A DNA stretch of 63,784 bases, the filler included, from Reticulomyxa filosa (taxonomy: Eukaryota; Protista; Foraminifera), in NCBI GenBank assembly GCA_000512085.1. It is 17 parts of 17 records of this genome, joined end to end, with 100 filler letters (N's around TTAATTAATTAA, not from the genome) between each part and the next. Parts side by side here need not be neighbours in the genome. Positions count along the whole stretch, not along the records: positions 22,559 to 42,337 come from ASPP01020893.1; 16 more parts are not named here. One strand, written 5' to 3'. Of this stretch, positions 25,748 to 37,177 are shown one piece after another. Positions within the stretch are counted from its first letter, which is position 1. The number at the start of each line of letters is the position of its first letter. The notes under the pieces are model-generated. The model searched no databases. It had not been told where the DNA came from and saw nothing but the letters and a program-made list of their open reading frames with translations. The position numbers and the translations under genes are program-made.

Positions 25748-27202
25748 ATGTCAGATCCAAGTGATTCAAAACACGAAGAAGTTGAAAATAATGAACTCCC
25801 TGAAGAATTTGAGGATGCTCCAGAAGAATTAGGAAAAAAGATATTGAAGTTAGCGGAGCTTATGCACAAGTCTAAATGCACAATATTTTTTACAGGTTTG
25901 CAACAATCTACTCTTGACTCTGTTTGTCGGCCTACTAACCGTTTTTTTAAATATTGCTTGGGGTTGGGGGAAAAAAGGGCTGGAATATCGACAAACACAC
26001 AAAGATTGCCCGATTTCCGAGGAACGAATGGTTTGGTGAGAACAGGAAATCGCCCACCAATGACAGTAATGGGCAAAGCAGAATCAAAAATGGATTCGAT
26101 TATGCCTACGTATACTCATTGTGCTTTAAAGTTATTAGTGGACAAGGGCTATGTGAAAGGAATAGTGACGTCGAATCATGACGGACTGCAAAATAAATGC
26201 GGGGTCGCATCTGAAAATTGTGTTGATTTGTTTGGAAACGTGTATGTTGAACGATGCACAAATAAGAAATGTAAACAATATTTTTTGCGACACACTATTG
26301 TTCCACATTTGCGCAGAACGTGCGAAACATGTGGCAAAAAATTGGTTAAAAAAAAGAAATAGATAAATATATTGCACGTATAATGATATCAATTTTATTA
26401 TTATTTATTTTTTTTTTTTTTTTTTTATTGTGATTGCATTAAATTGAAAAGGTACGTACGAAATGTAATATGGGCGATAGCGTCCCTAAAGTTGCATTGG
26501 AACGTGCAGAAGAAATGGCAAGATTGAGTGAACTGTCAATTGTATTGGGGTCATCAATGACGGTATCTCCTTTTAATACGTTACCAGTGCATGCATCAAA
26601 ACATATTGGTTATGTGTTATTGACAAAACAACATACTGACTTTGATGAGAAAGCATGTCTGACTATTCATTGTGATGTCGACATTTTTATGAAGAAATTA
26701 TTGCAACAATTGAAATTACAAAATATCACTGAGTTTCATTATCAACAAACGTTTCAAGCTTACTTCTTGGTAATACATATATATGTATATGTATACATTT
26801 ATATATAATACGTGCATATTATATTCTAATATAGTCAGAAGAAGAGGTTATACGTATTGGTATCGAATCAAAATATATAAATGAAGATCTTCCCTTTGTT
26901 AAAGATTGCGTATTGGAAATTGCACCTATCGATAGAGCAAAATAACAGAATTACAAGTCCCCTTCAAGTGTTTTGAAACACAAAATACTTTGAAAGGAAG
27001 AGAACTGGTGATGAAAAAAGAACAATGGAATAATTTGTTGCAAAGTAAAGATACATCACCACGTTTGGTGATTGAGTTTGATGAACAATTCGATGTTAAA
27101 CCTCTAATCGTTGGTGTACAACAGATTTTTAATTCTTCCAATGATAAAACAAAACATATATTTGATTTGATGTTGGAAAAAATTGTAAAATACAGTTTAT
27201 AA
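25748..27202 (+). CDS. Class IV (SIRT6/SIRT7/SRT1-like) sirtuin with an atypical active site and a C-terminal extension; exons ~25748-25895, ~25978-26344, 26452-26769, 26835-27202
   Basis: EEFEDAPEEL..KI.KLA, FTG|AGIST..LPDFRGTNG, PTYTHCAL..L, TSNHDGLQ, DLFGNVYVERC, Zn-binding Cys pairs (CTNKKC, CETC), LSIVLGSSM.V.P and IHCDVD.FM are all present. Confidence 0.88.
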
Positions 27203-30119
27203 AAAGTGAATAAAACATTAGTGTTTCAATTCAATTTTGTTGTGAATGCATCAAAGTAAACTTTCAACAAAAGTGGTATCGGTAGTTCCAATATTTTTTT
27301 AAATAGAATGTCATCTGACGAGGATTGATTTCCATTTAGAATAGTATTCATCAACATTTTTTAAAACGTTTGAAGATGCCGTTTTGTGTGTTAACTTTCT
27401 TTCTTCTACTGTATTATAAATCAATATAAGTAGCAAAAAGATATGAAACCATGCTTTACGTATCATCAAAAAAAAAAGTGGTATTATTGCATAAAAGATG
27501 CAAAAAAAAGGTCATTACGTTATTGTTAGAAATGATGTCATTACTCCAAGAGGTCAACCTGAAAGTGATGCTGAAATAGTATTATCAGGGAAGAAGCCAA
27601 AATTAATGGTAAAGAAAAATACAACATCGAAAGGTTGGGCCTACTCAAAGAGTAAATTTAGTTGGGAGTGGTTGCTTTCAGTTAAATCTCTATCATATTT
27701 TCATATTGGATATCGCTCGTAATTTTTTCATCATTTTCTTGATATGTTTTTTTTTGAATGATTATATTATTTGATGAAAATAACTGTGAAAAAATGTGTT
27801 CATATAACGATATAATTATCTTTAGCAGTTTCATTATCAGTTTATATTTCTTATTGAAGCATATTGACTACTAGTTTTTCAATTATGAAATAATTTCAAT
27901 AACATAGACAGGACCAGACAATAATTATTTAAGTACAAAAAATCAATTTAGTCTCTTGGAAAATTTAAAACCACTTTTGCAAAGCGTATTTCGTCGACAA
28001 TCCGGAAATGATTTTTTTTTTTACTAAACTTTGATGTTGAGAAACGAAAGTAATGATGATAAATAAAAAAAGAAAAAATCTGTAACTAGACCCTTTTTAA
28101 GAAACTCTTCAATTCATCATAATTTTATTTTTGTGTTTTCAATTCAAAAATGTATTGTTATTTATTTATTTGTTGAATTTATTGTTATTGAGTATTTTAT
28201 CAAATCGATTAAAATTATATTGTTAAAAGGGGGTGTTTCGGTTTTTTTTCTTTTTGCAGATGTAATGTTTGTCTTTTGGTGACAAATTACAAAGACTTGT
28301 TGTGTACTTGCTTTTGCAGGGGAATAGGAACACTTTCTTTTCGTGGATATAAGTAAAGTTTTGAGCTTTTATTTGTTTGTGGCAAAGTACGAGTCAGTTT
28401 ATGTTTTGGCATTGGAAAAAAATAAATGATCTATATCAATTCATTCAATGCGAACAAATTGCCCAATATCTGAAGCATTGAGTAATGTGATATGGAAAAA
28501 AATTGCTGTTCTAATCATTGAATCTCAAATTATGAAAGAACTGCGATTGTTCCATCAATGAAGGAAAATATTGTTATTTAATGGTTGCTTAAACTATCTT
28601 TTAAAAAATTACTTTGTTTGATCCGATCTGTTCAATGAAATACTTTTTTAAATAGTGAACCTTTCAAAAAAAATGGATTGCTCAAGAAGTGAACAAGAAA
28701 AACTCACTCAAAAAGGGTTTTAGGACAATACTGATTTGAAGAGTTGGTCCAACTTTTTGTCAATAGGTTTTGATTCATTCAACAACATTATTGCTGATTG
28801 CTCAAAATCATTTGAGAAACATTGCCGCAATGACTTTGACTGCATAAGTTTTACAATTTTCTCACTTTCAACAAAGTTCGTCCATTAATTACCTTTTTTA
28901 GTTTTCTCTTCAGTTTCTTGACAAGCTAGAACTTGTGTTCAGCAAAGCTTTTTGAACCAGTTGAACAAAGAAAATTGTACAATGTCAAAAAAGTTTTAAA
29001 AAACAAACACATGATTGATAAAATTATTTGCAACGTCAAACTCGATTTCATCGAAAATATAACAATAAAATCAGACGATCGAAAAGAACATGTAAAAGTG
29101 TTGATTCCATTTTTTTCTTTTGTTTTCCAAAAGTCGATAGGAAAGCGGAGACTGATGCAAGATGAACAAACGTCAGACAACTTTTTCAAACCTGTTGGAA
29201 GTGGAGTAAGCACGTAGAGTTGACCGGCTTGGAAAATAAGTTAGAACAAATAAAACATTTACAATCAAAAATCGATCAAAATTACTACTAATATTGCAAC
29301 ATTTTCGAAGAAATTTTTTAGAATGATTCGAATAGACAACAGTCTTGGAAATTGTTATTCTTGTACACATTCTGCAGTTATTCTTTTTTTTTTTGTAGAG
29401 TTTACTAATGTATTTCTGGAACACCACAATCAAACATTTCTTTGAGCAATACATTTGTATTACGATACTTAAAGTTTTTATTGTTAAAAATCATTGCAAT
29501 ATCACACAGTGGCTGTATTGGTCACAGTACTATCCCCAACAAAAAAAGAACTCTAGTGATTATTTTCATAATGTGAAGATTTTTTTTATCTTAGAGATAA
29601 TAATCTATCACAAAATGTGTTGATGATACTTTTTGGTATTTCCTAAGCAATGGTTGATTTGTTAGTCTTGCCAAAGATGATTTATATTGATTCCCATTCA
29701 TAATTTAAATCCCAAATATTGTGTATGTGCATAAATCCTTTTGATTATTAGCGTAATTTATTTCTTTGCTTTTTTTCATGTCTTATCTCCTTCATGTTCT
29801 CTATATTTTTTGTTGTTTGGTCTTTCAAATTTACAATCTAACTATGGAAAAATTAGCGAACAAATATACTATATTATTTACATTTACACGTGATGTAAGT
29901 ATGATTTAGATTTGTGCTATGTGAACCAAAAAAAAAAGAATTGCATCGAATCAGAATTTTTTGTAAATGTGAAATCGATGAAATAAAATTTTAAAAAATG
30001 TTAATTATGCTTTAAAAACTACAAGCAGTAGAGCTCTAATTCCACTATTTTGGTGCAAGAAATTTCACCAGTGTCCTAAGAATGAACTTATTGCTACTCA
30101 CTACACGAAGTTCTGAGAA

Positions 30120-31890
30120 AACTACAATCATGACAAATAAAAAAATAAAAAAAATGGAACCACACCCTTTTTGGTTGTGTGGTTTTGTCTTGTTAGAAAA
30201 GACTGTTTCTTAGTTGGAGGACACAAGAAAAAAGTTTTTTTTTTGTGTAAAACAAAAGTGAAACAACAAAATTGAAGGAGTACCAACTCGTGTTTTGTTA
30301 ATATACAAATATAAAAAATCAAGAAAAAGTAGTGATAGTATTTTCAAATCTGTAAGGATAAAAATTGTTATCATATTTATGATTGATAATCCGTACATAG
30401 TATCATTTATGGTTCAATATTTTTTCATAATTGATGCTTACAGGCATTACTACATCATTTATCAAACATGAAAAAAATTTGTTCCTTTTTTTTTGCATAT
30501 TATCAAATATTTTTTATAAAAATACGAAAAATATTTAATATTCATATAGAAGGACTATTTTTCAATTTTGGTTAATTTCTTTAATTTGTGGGTCATTATT
30601 TATTTTTTTTTTAATTAAATATTGATTAGATAAACCAGTTATTGTGTTATTTATATGGTTTGGTCAAATCGAAATTATATTAAAAAATCAACAAGTCACA
30701 AGGGGTAACGTAGTTCCATTTTTTTTTTTTTTGTCTGTCATGAAGCTGTACAGCAAAGTAAGCAAAGAGATTCTAAAGTTAATATTTACAGTTTTAGAAT
30801 TGGAAGCAATTGTAAAAGTGTTTGTACTGTTTTTATCAAGTTTGGTTTTATTACATTAAAAAAAATGTTAAATATTTTGATAATGGAAATTCTGTTATCA
30901 CAAAGATATATTATTCATTTTGAGCGACATTATTGAATGTTAGTTGAGCACATACATTTTTTTTTGTCAACATAGTTTTGAATATTATTATATTTTTTCG
31001 ATTAAACAGAGATCTCGCTCTCAATGTATATGCATAACGAAACAATAATAATTTATATCATCATTATTGTAATGACCTTTGCAATACATGTTTCAATTGA
31101 AATTGGCTGGAATTGGATAATGATTAATTCAATAACTTTCTTCAAAGTAGACAAAGTGTTTTGACAAAAAAAGACAGTTCTTTTGTTTATATGTACTTAT
31201 TGACATACAACGACACTGTTGTTGGTGTTCATCATACATCTTGCACATTCGACGCTAGTGAGTTTTTTTTTCGTTGTTTACCACGTGGGTGCGTCAATTT
31301 CCTTTTTTAAAAAAATAATTTTTATGCATGACAGTTTGTCTGTTGTAGTGGTCCATAAAAGATGACCTAAAGTCAAGTTTCAATTCATATCCGTCAAAAG
31401 GTGAGATTGATACATGTACGAATGATTAGATGGACAACAGCATTTCCAGTGTCTTGTTGTTAAAGCTTACTTTGAATGAATTTTTTTTTCAAGCGAAAGA
31501 TTTTGTATTGAATTTAAAAGTACAGTTTGCATTTCAATGTTTGAAAATTTGACACTGTCCACAAAACAATTAATAAATACGAGAGAATAACTAACTAGTT
31601 ATCACTTTTTATAACAATAACCTATTTACTCTTTGCATAATTATACATCTTAAAAAAAAATGAATATTCTGTTGTTTTTTTTTAAGTTGTGGGTCATTTT
31701 ATTTTAATTTTAAAAAATGACCCAGTTTTATTCAAACGAATAAAAAAAATATTTTTTCAATTAAATATTGATCAAATAAGTTAACAATTGCGTTATTTAT
31801 CTGTTCTGCTAAATCAAAATTATACAAAAAATCAATTAAGACAAAAAGTTGCAAGGGGGAACGATTCCATTTTTGTTATTTTCGTATTTG
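30120..31890. repeat. Degenerate dispersed repeat, three copies: ~30120-30200 (inverted), ~30580-30750 and ~31680-31890 (direct)
   Basis: The two direct copies share tgtgggtcatt…ttaaatattgat…gttatttat…aaatc.aaattata..aaaaaatcaa…caagggg..acg..ttccatttt. The motif ttccattttttt…gtcatga occurs inverted at 30128-30170. Confidence 0.6.
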
Positions 31891-33122
31891 TAATGTTTTC
31901 TCTTAGCAAGCAAACTACAAGCTTTGTTTTTATATATTTTCATCAGGTATTCTTTTGTCTACATGATTTTTAAAAAACAGCGATTATCGAACAAAATATA
32001 TAAACTTTTTTGTTTTTTATTGAAGAGACCAAAATTAATGAAATTAGTTTTCAATTGACATTTTTAATGTCGAAGAAAGTAACTGTGGTATGTCTTGAGA
32101 ATATCATTTGAAAATGATTTTATTTAAAAAGTTGTTTATCTATTTGTAGAACCAGGTTGTATTATTTATTAAATAATAAAAAATTTCAAATTTTTATGAC
32201 TTCAGTCTTGTTTTGAGTATTTTGCCAGCGTCGTCAAATGAAGATAGTAACTCATAAATATTTTGTAGATCATTGCAAACCTTTTTTTAATTTTAAAAAA
32301 ATTGCAACATTTGATAATACAATTATAATCTCCAGCTTCACTGCAAGTGAGCAATTTCAAACAATTCTGAAAATTCACTAAATATACATTATGTCACTCT
32401 TGCTTATGGCAATTATTGGCGATCTGTTCAATTTTTGTCAGATAGTTATAAATTAATCAAAAATTAAAAATAAATCCACTGGAGAGAACAAACTCCCTTA
32501 TTAATTTTTCTTTTAAAGTGTGCATCTCCTCCCTCTTCTCACTTTCCTCTTCTCATAAAAAGGAAAAGAAAAATCAACACTTATTTAAAAAAATGAAATG
32601 ATTTCTCCAGCTGTCTTCATAATTTCCAGTTAATTTGTGGTCACAGTACAACATTTTTTGTTGTTCAATGATCTAACATTTTCGAGTTGTGTCAATTGCA
32701 AAAAAAAAGACATTGGTTATATGTTTGTCATTGACAATAACTGTTTTTCTTTTTGCATGTTGTAATCAAAATTGAGCAAGAAAAACGTACTATTCTGTGG
32801 AACTGAATTACCACAACTCAGTAAGGTCTCAGATTAAATAATTTGTTGCCAATCATTCAGTTGCCAATGTCAATAAATTTATTCTCTTTAACTTTCTGGC
32901 TTATCTTCATGTTATTGTCGGACTATAATTGCTAAAAGGAAATTAGAAAGTGTTATAATTTTGGTCTTTTCGTGTTTTGAATGTAGTCGTCTATTCATAT
33001 TTATTATTCTAATATTTTTAGTGGTACTAAACAAGAAGTGTCAAGGGACAAAAGAGATCAACAAATGCATCAGTAAAAAAGTCTCAAGAAAATATTGATA
33101 TCAATACAAAAAACTTACGATA

Positions 33123-35582
33123 ATGATTTCTTACGTATTATGGACACCTTCAAACGTATTCAAAAGAATTCCAGAATGTGGTTCTGCTATTCCACTTGAA
33201 GTTTTTAGGCTTTAACTGTACAATTTCACAATTTTACTGGTTCAAAATTGCTTACAAGAAGAACGATTTTTTTTTGAACCGATAGAACTTGCCAGTGACA
33301 CTAAATGATGACATGGTTATTGACGATGGCACAATCGAGGCATTTCTGTTAAGAAAAAAATATTGAAGAAATAAGACAAGAGAGAGCTAAGAAAAAAAAC
33401 GTGTATTTTGTGACAGAAATGACAAAGAGAAAGAGAAGTTTCACAAGTTTTCAGATGATACAAAAAGAAACGAACAAGATCAAAAAGCGAAGTCGAATGA
33501 TGGAGCGAACAATTTCCTTGCGGAAGACGAGGAGAATCAAGAAAATAGTAGCAACAACGAAGAAAGTGAAAAATCGAAGAATTCCAAAGACAACGAAGAA
33601 AGTGAAAAATCGGAGAATTCCAAAGACACAAAGAAAGTGAAAAATCGAAGAATTCCAAGGACAATGAAGAAAACGAGAACAGCAGCGATGACGAGCCGAA
33701 TTTGAAACCTGAAAACTTTGAAAACGAAGAAGATTTCATTGATGCAGTGATGGATGGATACGATGACGAAAGTGTGTTGTTGTCTTTTTGTATTTGTTTG
33801 TTGAATGAAGATTGGTTGGAATTTTGTGTTTGACATGCAATGGTGATTGCGAAAGAGGAACTGGACTTTTTGTCGAGATTGGGAGGAATGGAATCAGGTG
33901 TAGCAGTCGGTCCTGTCGATTCGACCGACTTATCGTTGCTTATTAAAAAGAAATTCAAAGACGTGAAAAAAAGGAAATGAAAAAGAAACAGGCGAACAAG
34001 ATAGCGAAAAATCAAAAAAAAAAAAAAAAGAAAGAATGGGATGACATCGACAATGACAGTGAGCTGTCCGATTTGGAAATTCGAGAAGAAGATGAGCTAT
34101 TTGTGTTGTGTGGAAGTGACGAAGCCCAAGAAGTTTTCACATGTGAAATCAACACATTCGACACTAAATTACGCACGTATTTTACTCATCACGAGATTAT
34201 TCTGTCCACATTTCCACTGTGTTGTTGCTGGCTTAACTTTACACCTTTTCAAGATAGTAATTCTGAACAAGGTAAACACCATTGATTGAGAACATATCAC
34301 ACTCTCGACAACTATATTCATTTTTTTTTTCGCAGTCGTTGGTTTTGTTCTGGGACAGGAAACTATTTGGCCGTAGGCACCGTGGAAGAAGGAATAGAAA
34401 TATATAACCTGGATGTCGTCGATTATGTGGAACCAATTGCAATGTTGGGGGGTCGGTCAAAAAAACGCAACAAAGTGAATTCTAAAACAAAAAACCAAGA
34501 CAATGATGCATCACAACAATTGCAATCAAAGGATGATCAAGATGACAAAGACGTGAACAGTGAGGACGAAAATACATTGTTAGAGGACGAAATTAAGGAA
34601 TATTATGATATGAATCCAAGTACGCGATTCAAAATGGAAGTGGAAGACAAAGAATTACTTTTCGGGACATTGACATCCGATTCACATGAAGACAGTGTTT
34701 TGTGTTTGGACTGGCATTCAAAGTCACCTCACACATTAATGTCGGGAGGAGCAGATGGACATTTGAAACAATGGGATTTGAGTTTTTGCAAAAGCGTTAA
34801 AACTTGGTCTTATGAGGAATACCACAAAGGAAAAATACAATGCCTCAGAATTCATCCCATCGAATGGAATCTTGTGTTAAGTGGTTCCACTGACAAGACC
34901 ATTCGCTTATGCGATACAAAGAGTAGCAACTCCAAAATATGGAATTTCTTTCATTGCGATATCGAGAGTCTTCAATGGCATCCTCGAACTCCAACTATGT
35001 TTGTTGCTGGCTTGGAAAATGGTAAACTAGTATTTGTGGATTTTCGAAAAGAAGATAAACCATTGCTGGAAATCGAGTTGAGTGCATTCGAAAATACAAA
35101 CATACATGTTATCATTTGATATTTGTTTTTTTATTCTTGCACACAATCAAGAGCACACCGGAATGCGTTGACAAGCTTTTCGTTCAATCGTTACAATCCT
35201 GAAATTTTTGCGACTGTGTCCCTTGACAATACCGTATGATCTTATTATTACTTTGTCTCTTTTTCATTTTTTGTAAGACAACATTTTATCTTTGTTTATT
35301 CCTTACTAACAGATAAAATTGTGGCATCATGAAAACCCACCCACGGGGCATGTCCCAAAACTTTTGGAGGAAATGCCTGGAAGCATTGGACCTATTTTTT
35401 CTTGTGATTTTTCTCCACGCAGCAAGTATCCGTGGCTGCTGTTAGTCGGTGGACAAACAAATATGGGTATGTGGGATATTACCTCCTGTGAAGCATTGAA
35501 AGATATCCTTGACAATCGTTCAACATTCGAAAAAAAGCTAAAAGATATCGATGTAACAAAACACACAATTTTGGAAAAATAA
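33123..35582 (+). CDS. PWP1: Periodic tryptophan protein 1 (WD40 ribosome biogenesis factor), multi-exon
   Basis: Start MISYVLWTP, an acidic N-terminus, the PWP1 signature YFTHHEIILSTFPLCCCWLNF…GNYLAVGT….IEIYNLDVVDYVEPIAMLG, and WD repeats HEDSVLCLDW, SGGADGHLKQWD and LSGSTDKTIRL. Frameshifts near 33630 and 33970. Confidence 0.9.
33556..33662 (+). repeat. 36-bp coding tandem repeat x3 (NEESEKS[K/E]NSKD) within PWP1
   Basis: Units at 33556, 33592 and 33628 (the third is 35 bp): aacgaagaaagtgaaaaatcg[a/g]agaattccaa[a/g]gac. Confidence 0.9.
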
Positions 35583-35953
35583 AAGTTTGTGGAATGAGCA
35601 TGTACGCTTTGTTATATTGTACTCGAACGAGTCTTTTTTTTTTTGCAGTTATTTTCTTGAATTAAATGTCTGTTTTAAGTGTTATTTTATACGCTGACAA
35701 ATATAGTCTTTTCATAATCTCCCTTTTTTGCTTATCGAGCACAAGTATAATTTTGAAATTGTTCCTCTGGCTGTGCTCTTTTTTTGCAGTCACACAAAAA
35801 ATATTATTTACTGATGCGATTGAACATTCAAAAAGTAAAATCACTTTATAAAATAAGCAACACAAAATTCTTAGATTGTTGAATGTATTTTATCCCTCAT
35901 GATTACGGTAAGGATTAAAAAAAGCAATATTTTGAGAAAACGTCTATTTTAAT

Positions 35954-36913
35954 CTAAGTTTGTTTTTTTTCATCGGTTTCCTTGGTTTCGGTTTTAATTT
36001 TTTTTGCTTTCTTGCGTTTTTTGATGACAATGCCGTTGAGATTATCGACAATTTTTTCTGTCTTGGGATCATTTTTTTCTTTGTCTGTTTTTTCATTGCT
36101 GGGAGTTTTGGCACCAAATCGAAAGACATGAGATACTTTAGTATCAATTGTATCACTATTTTGAGTATCATTTGTTGCTTCTGTATTAATGTTGTCCGTA
36201 GTATCCGCTGTTTCAACGGAATCTCCGTTTTGATCAGTTTTGCCAATTGTAAGACTAATTTCGACATTGCCATTATTTAGTTTTCGCCTTTTGCTTTGAT
36301 GAAATTTGTATTCATTCACAAGTTTTTCTTCACTTTCTTCTTGATCATTGGAAATAATCGTGCCAGAGGAATTTTTTTTATCATATAAAACCTTGATTAC
36401 CTTGTCCATATCCATAGATCGATGCTGTTTGTTGATGTCTTGTAAATCATTAATTGTGTCCATTACATCCAATTGATACTTGGTTTCTTTACTCCTATTT
36501 TCAAGCGCTTTCATGGCATCTCCCAATTCTTCATCTTCTCGGCGTTTTATGTAGGCCTCCTCTGCTTCAATTTTCGCTCTCCAAGGCTCTGTCATACTAC
36601 TACATCCGTGCTCGGGGACGTAGTGATCGTTTTCTGGATCCGTAAGGAATGTCATTTCACTAGAGCAACTACTACACTTTACGTAAAATCTCCAGCGCTT
36701 TATACCTTTCCAATCCATACCTTGCGCTATTTCTTGGCGAGAATTAAATTTTGTCCCACGTCCCATGTATTCTCCGCAAGTCGTACAGCAGACCGTCATC
36801 GGAAGCATGTTTCGCAGCTTTAATTGATTATTAGGAGGTCTCTCTCCTTTTGGCAATAATCGGGGATCAAAATCTGGAGGTATATACTTGTTAAATACTT
36901 TTCGCTCTGCCAT
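35954..36913 (-). CDS. YJU2: Splicing factor YJU2/CWC16/CCDC94
   Basis: Intronless 319-aa ORF: MAERKVFNKYIPPDFDP, Zn-binding CTTCGEYMGRGTKFNSRQE and RFYVKCSSCSSEMTFLTDPENDHYVPEHG, DAMKALENRS. Confidence 0.95.
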   Translation of the reverse strand: MAERKVFNKYIPPDFDPRLLPKGERPPNNQLKLRNMLPMTVCCTTCGEYMGRGTKFNSRQEIAQGMDWKGIKRWRFYVKCSSCSSEMTFLTDPENDHYVPEHGCSSMTEPWRAKIEAEEAYIKRREDEELGDAMKALENRSKETKYQLDVMDTINDLQDINKQHRSMDMDKVIKVLYDKKNSSGTIISNDQEESEEKLVNEYKFHQSKRRKLNNGNVEISLTIGKTDQNGDSVETADTTDNINTEATNDTQNSDTIDTKVSHVFRFGAKTPSNEKTDKEKNDPKTEKIVDNLNGIVIKKRKKAKKIKTETKETDEKKQT

Positions 36914-37177
36914 ATTTTTTATTCAATGATTTACAATGTCGAACTTTTTTCCCCACGAACGCTCACTAAAGTTTGGCAAATGTATTGCAAGGTAGTACTG
37001 GTTCTAAAGTCTTTTGCAAGTGTTACTAGTAAAAAATGTCCCATTTCTTTGAATTGATACTGTAGGTCTTCGAGTAGTTGAAAAGAATTTTTTGTCACAA
37101 GACTTCGGGCCCTAAAAGCTCAATTTTCTAATTAATTTTTCGTATATCTTTTGTTGTAATACGCAATAATTGTATAG
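36914..37177. promoter_or_regulatory. Putative bidirectional promoter between YJU2 and the AGC kinase
   Basis: Divergent ATGs at 36913(-) and 37178(+), 264 bp apart. Confidence 0.45.

Noticed and set aside
27300-29650. Short ORFs at 27498-27722 and 28933-29217
   Set aside because: No recognisable motif or supported splice structure; probably debris.
33317-34015. Long antisense ORFs (also 1924-2592, 25042-25566, 55627-56121, 62168-62692)
   Set aside because: Shadows of genuine genes on the opposite strand.
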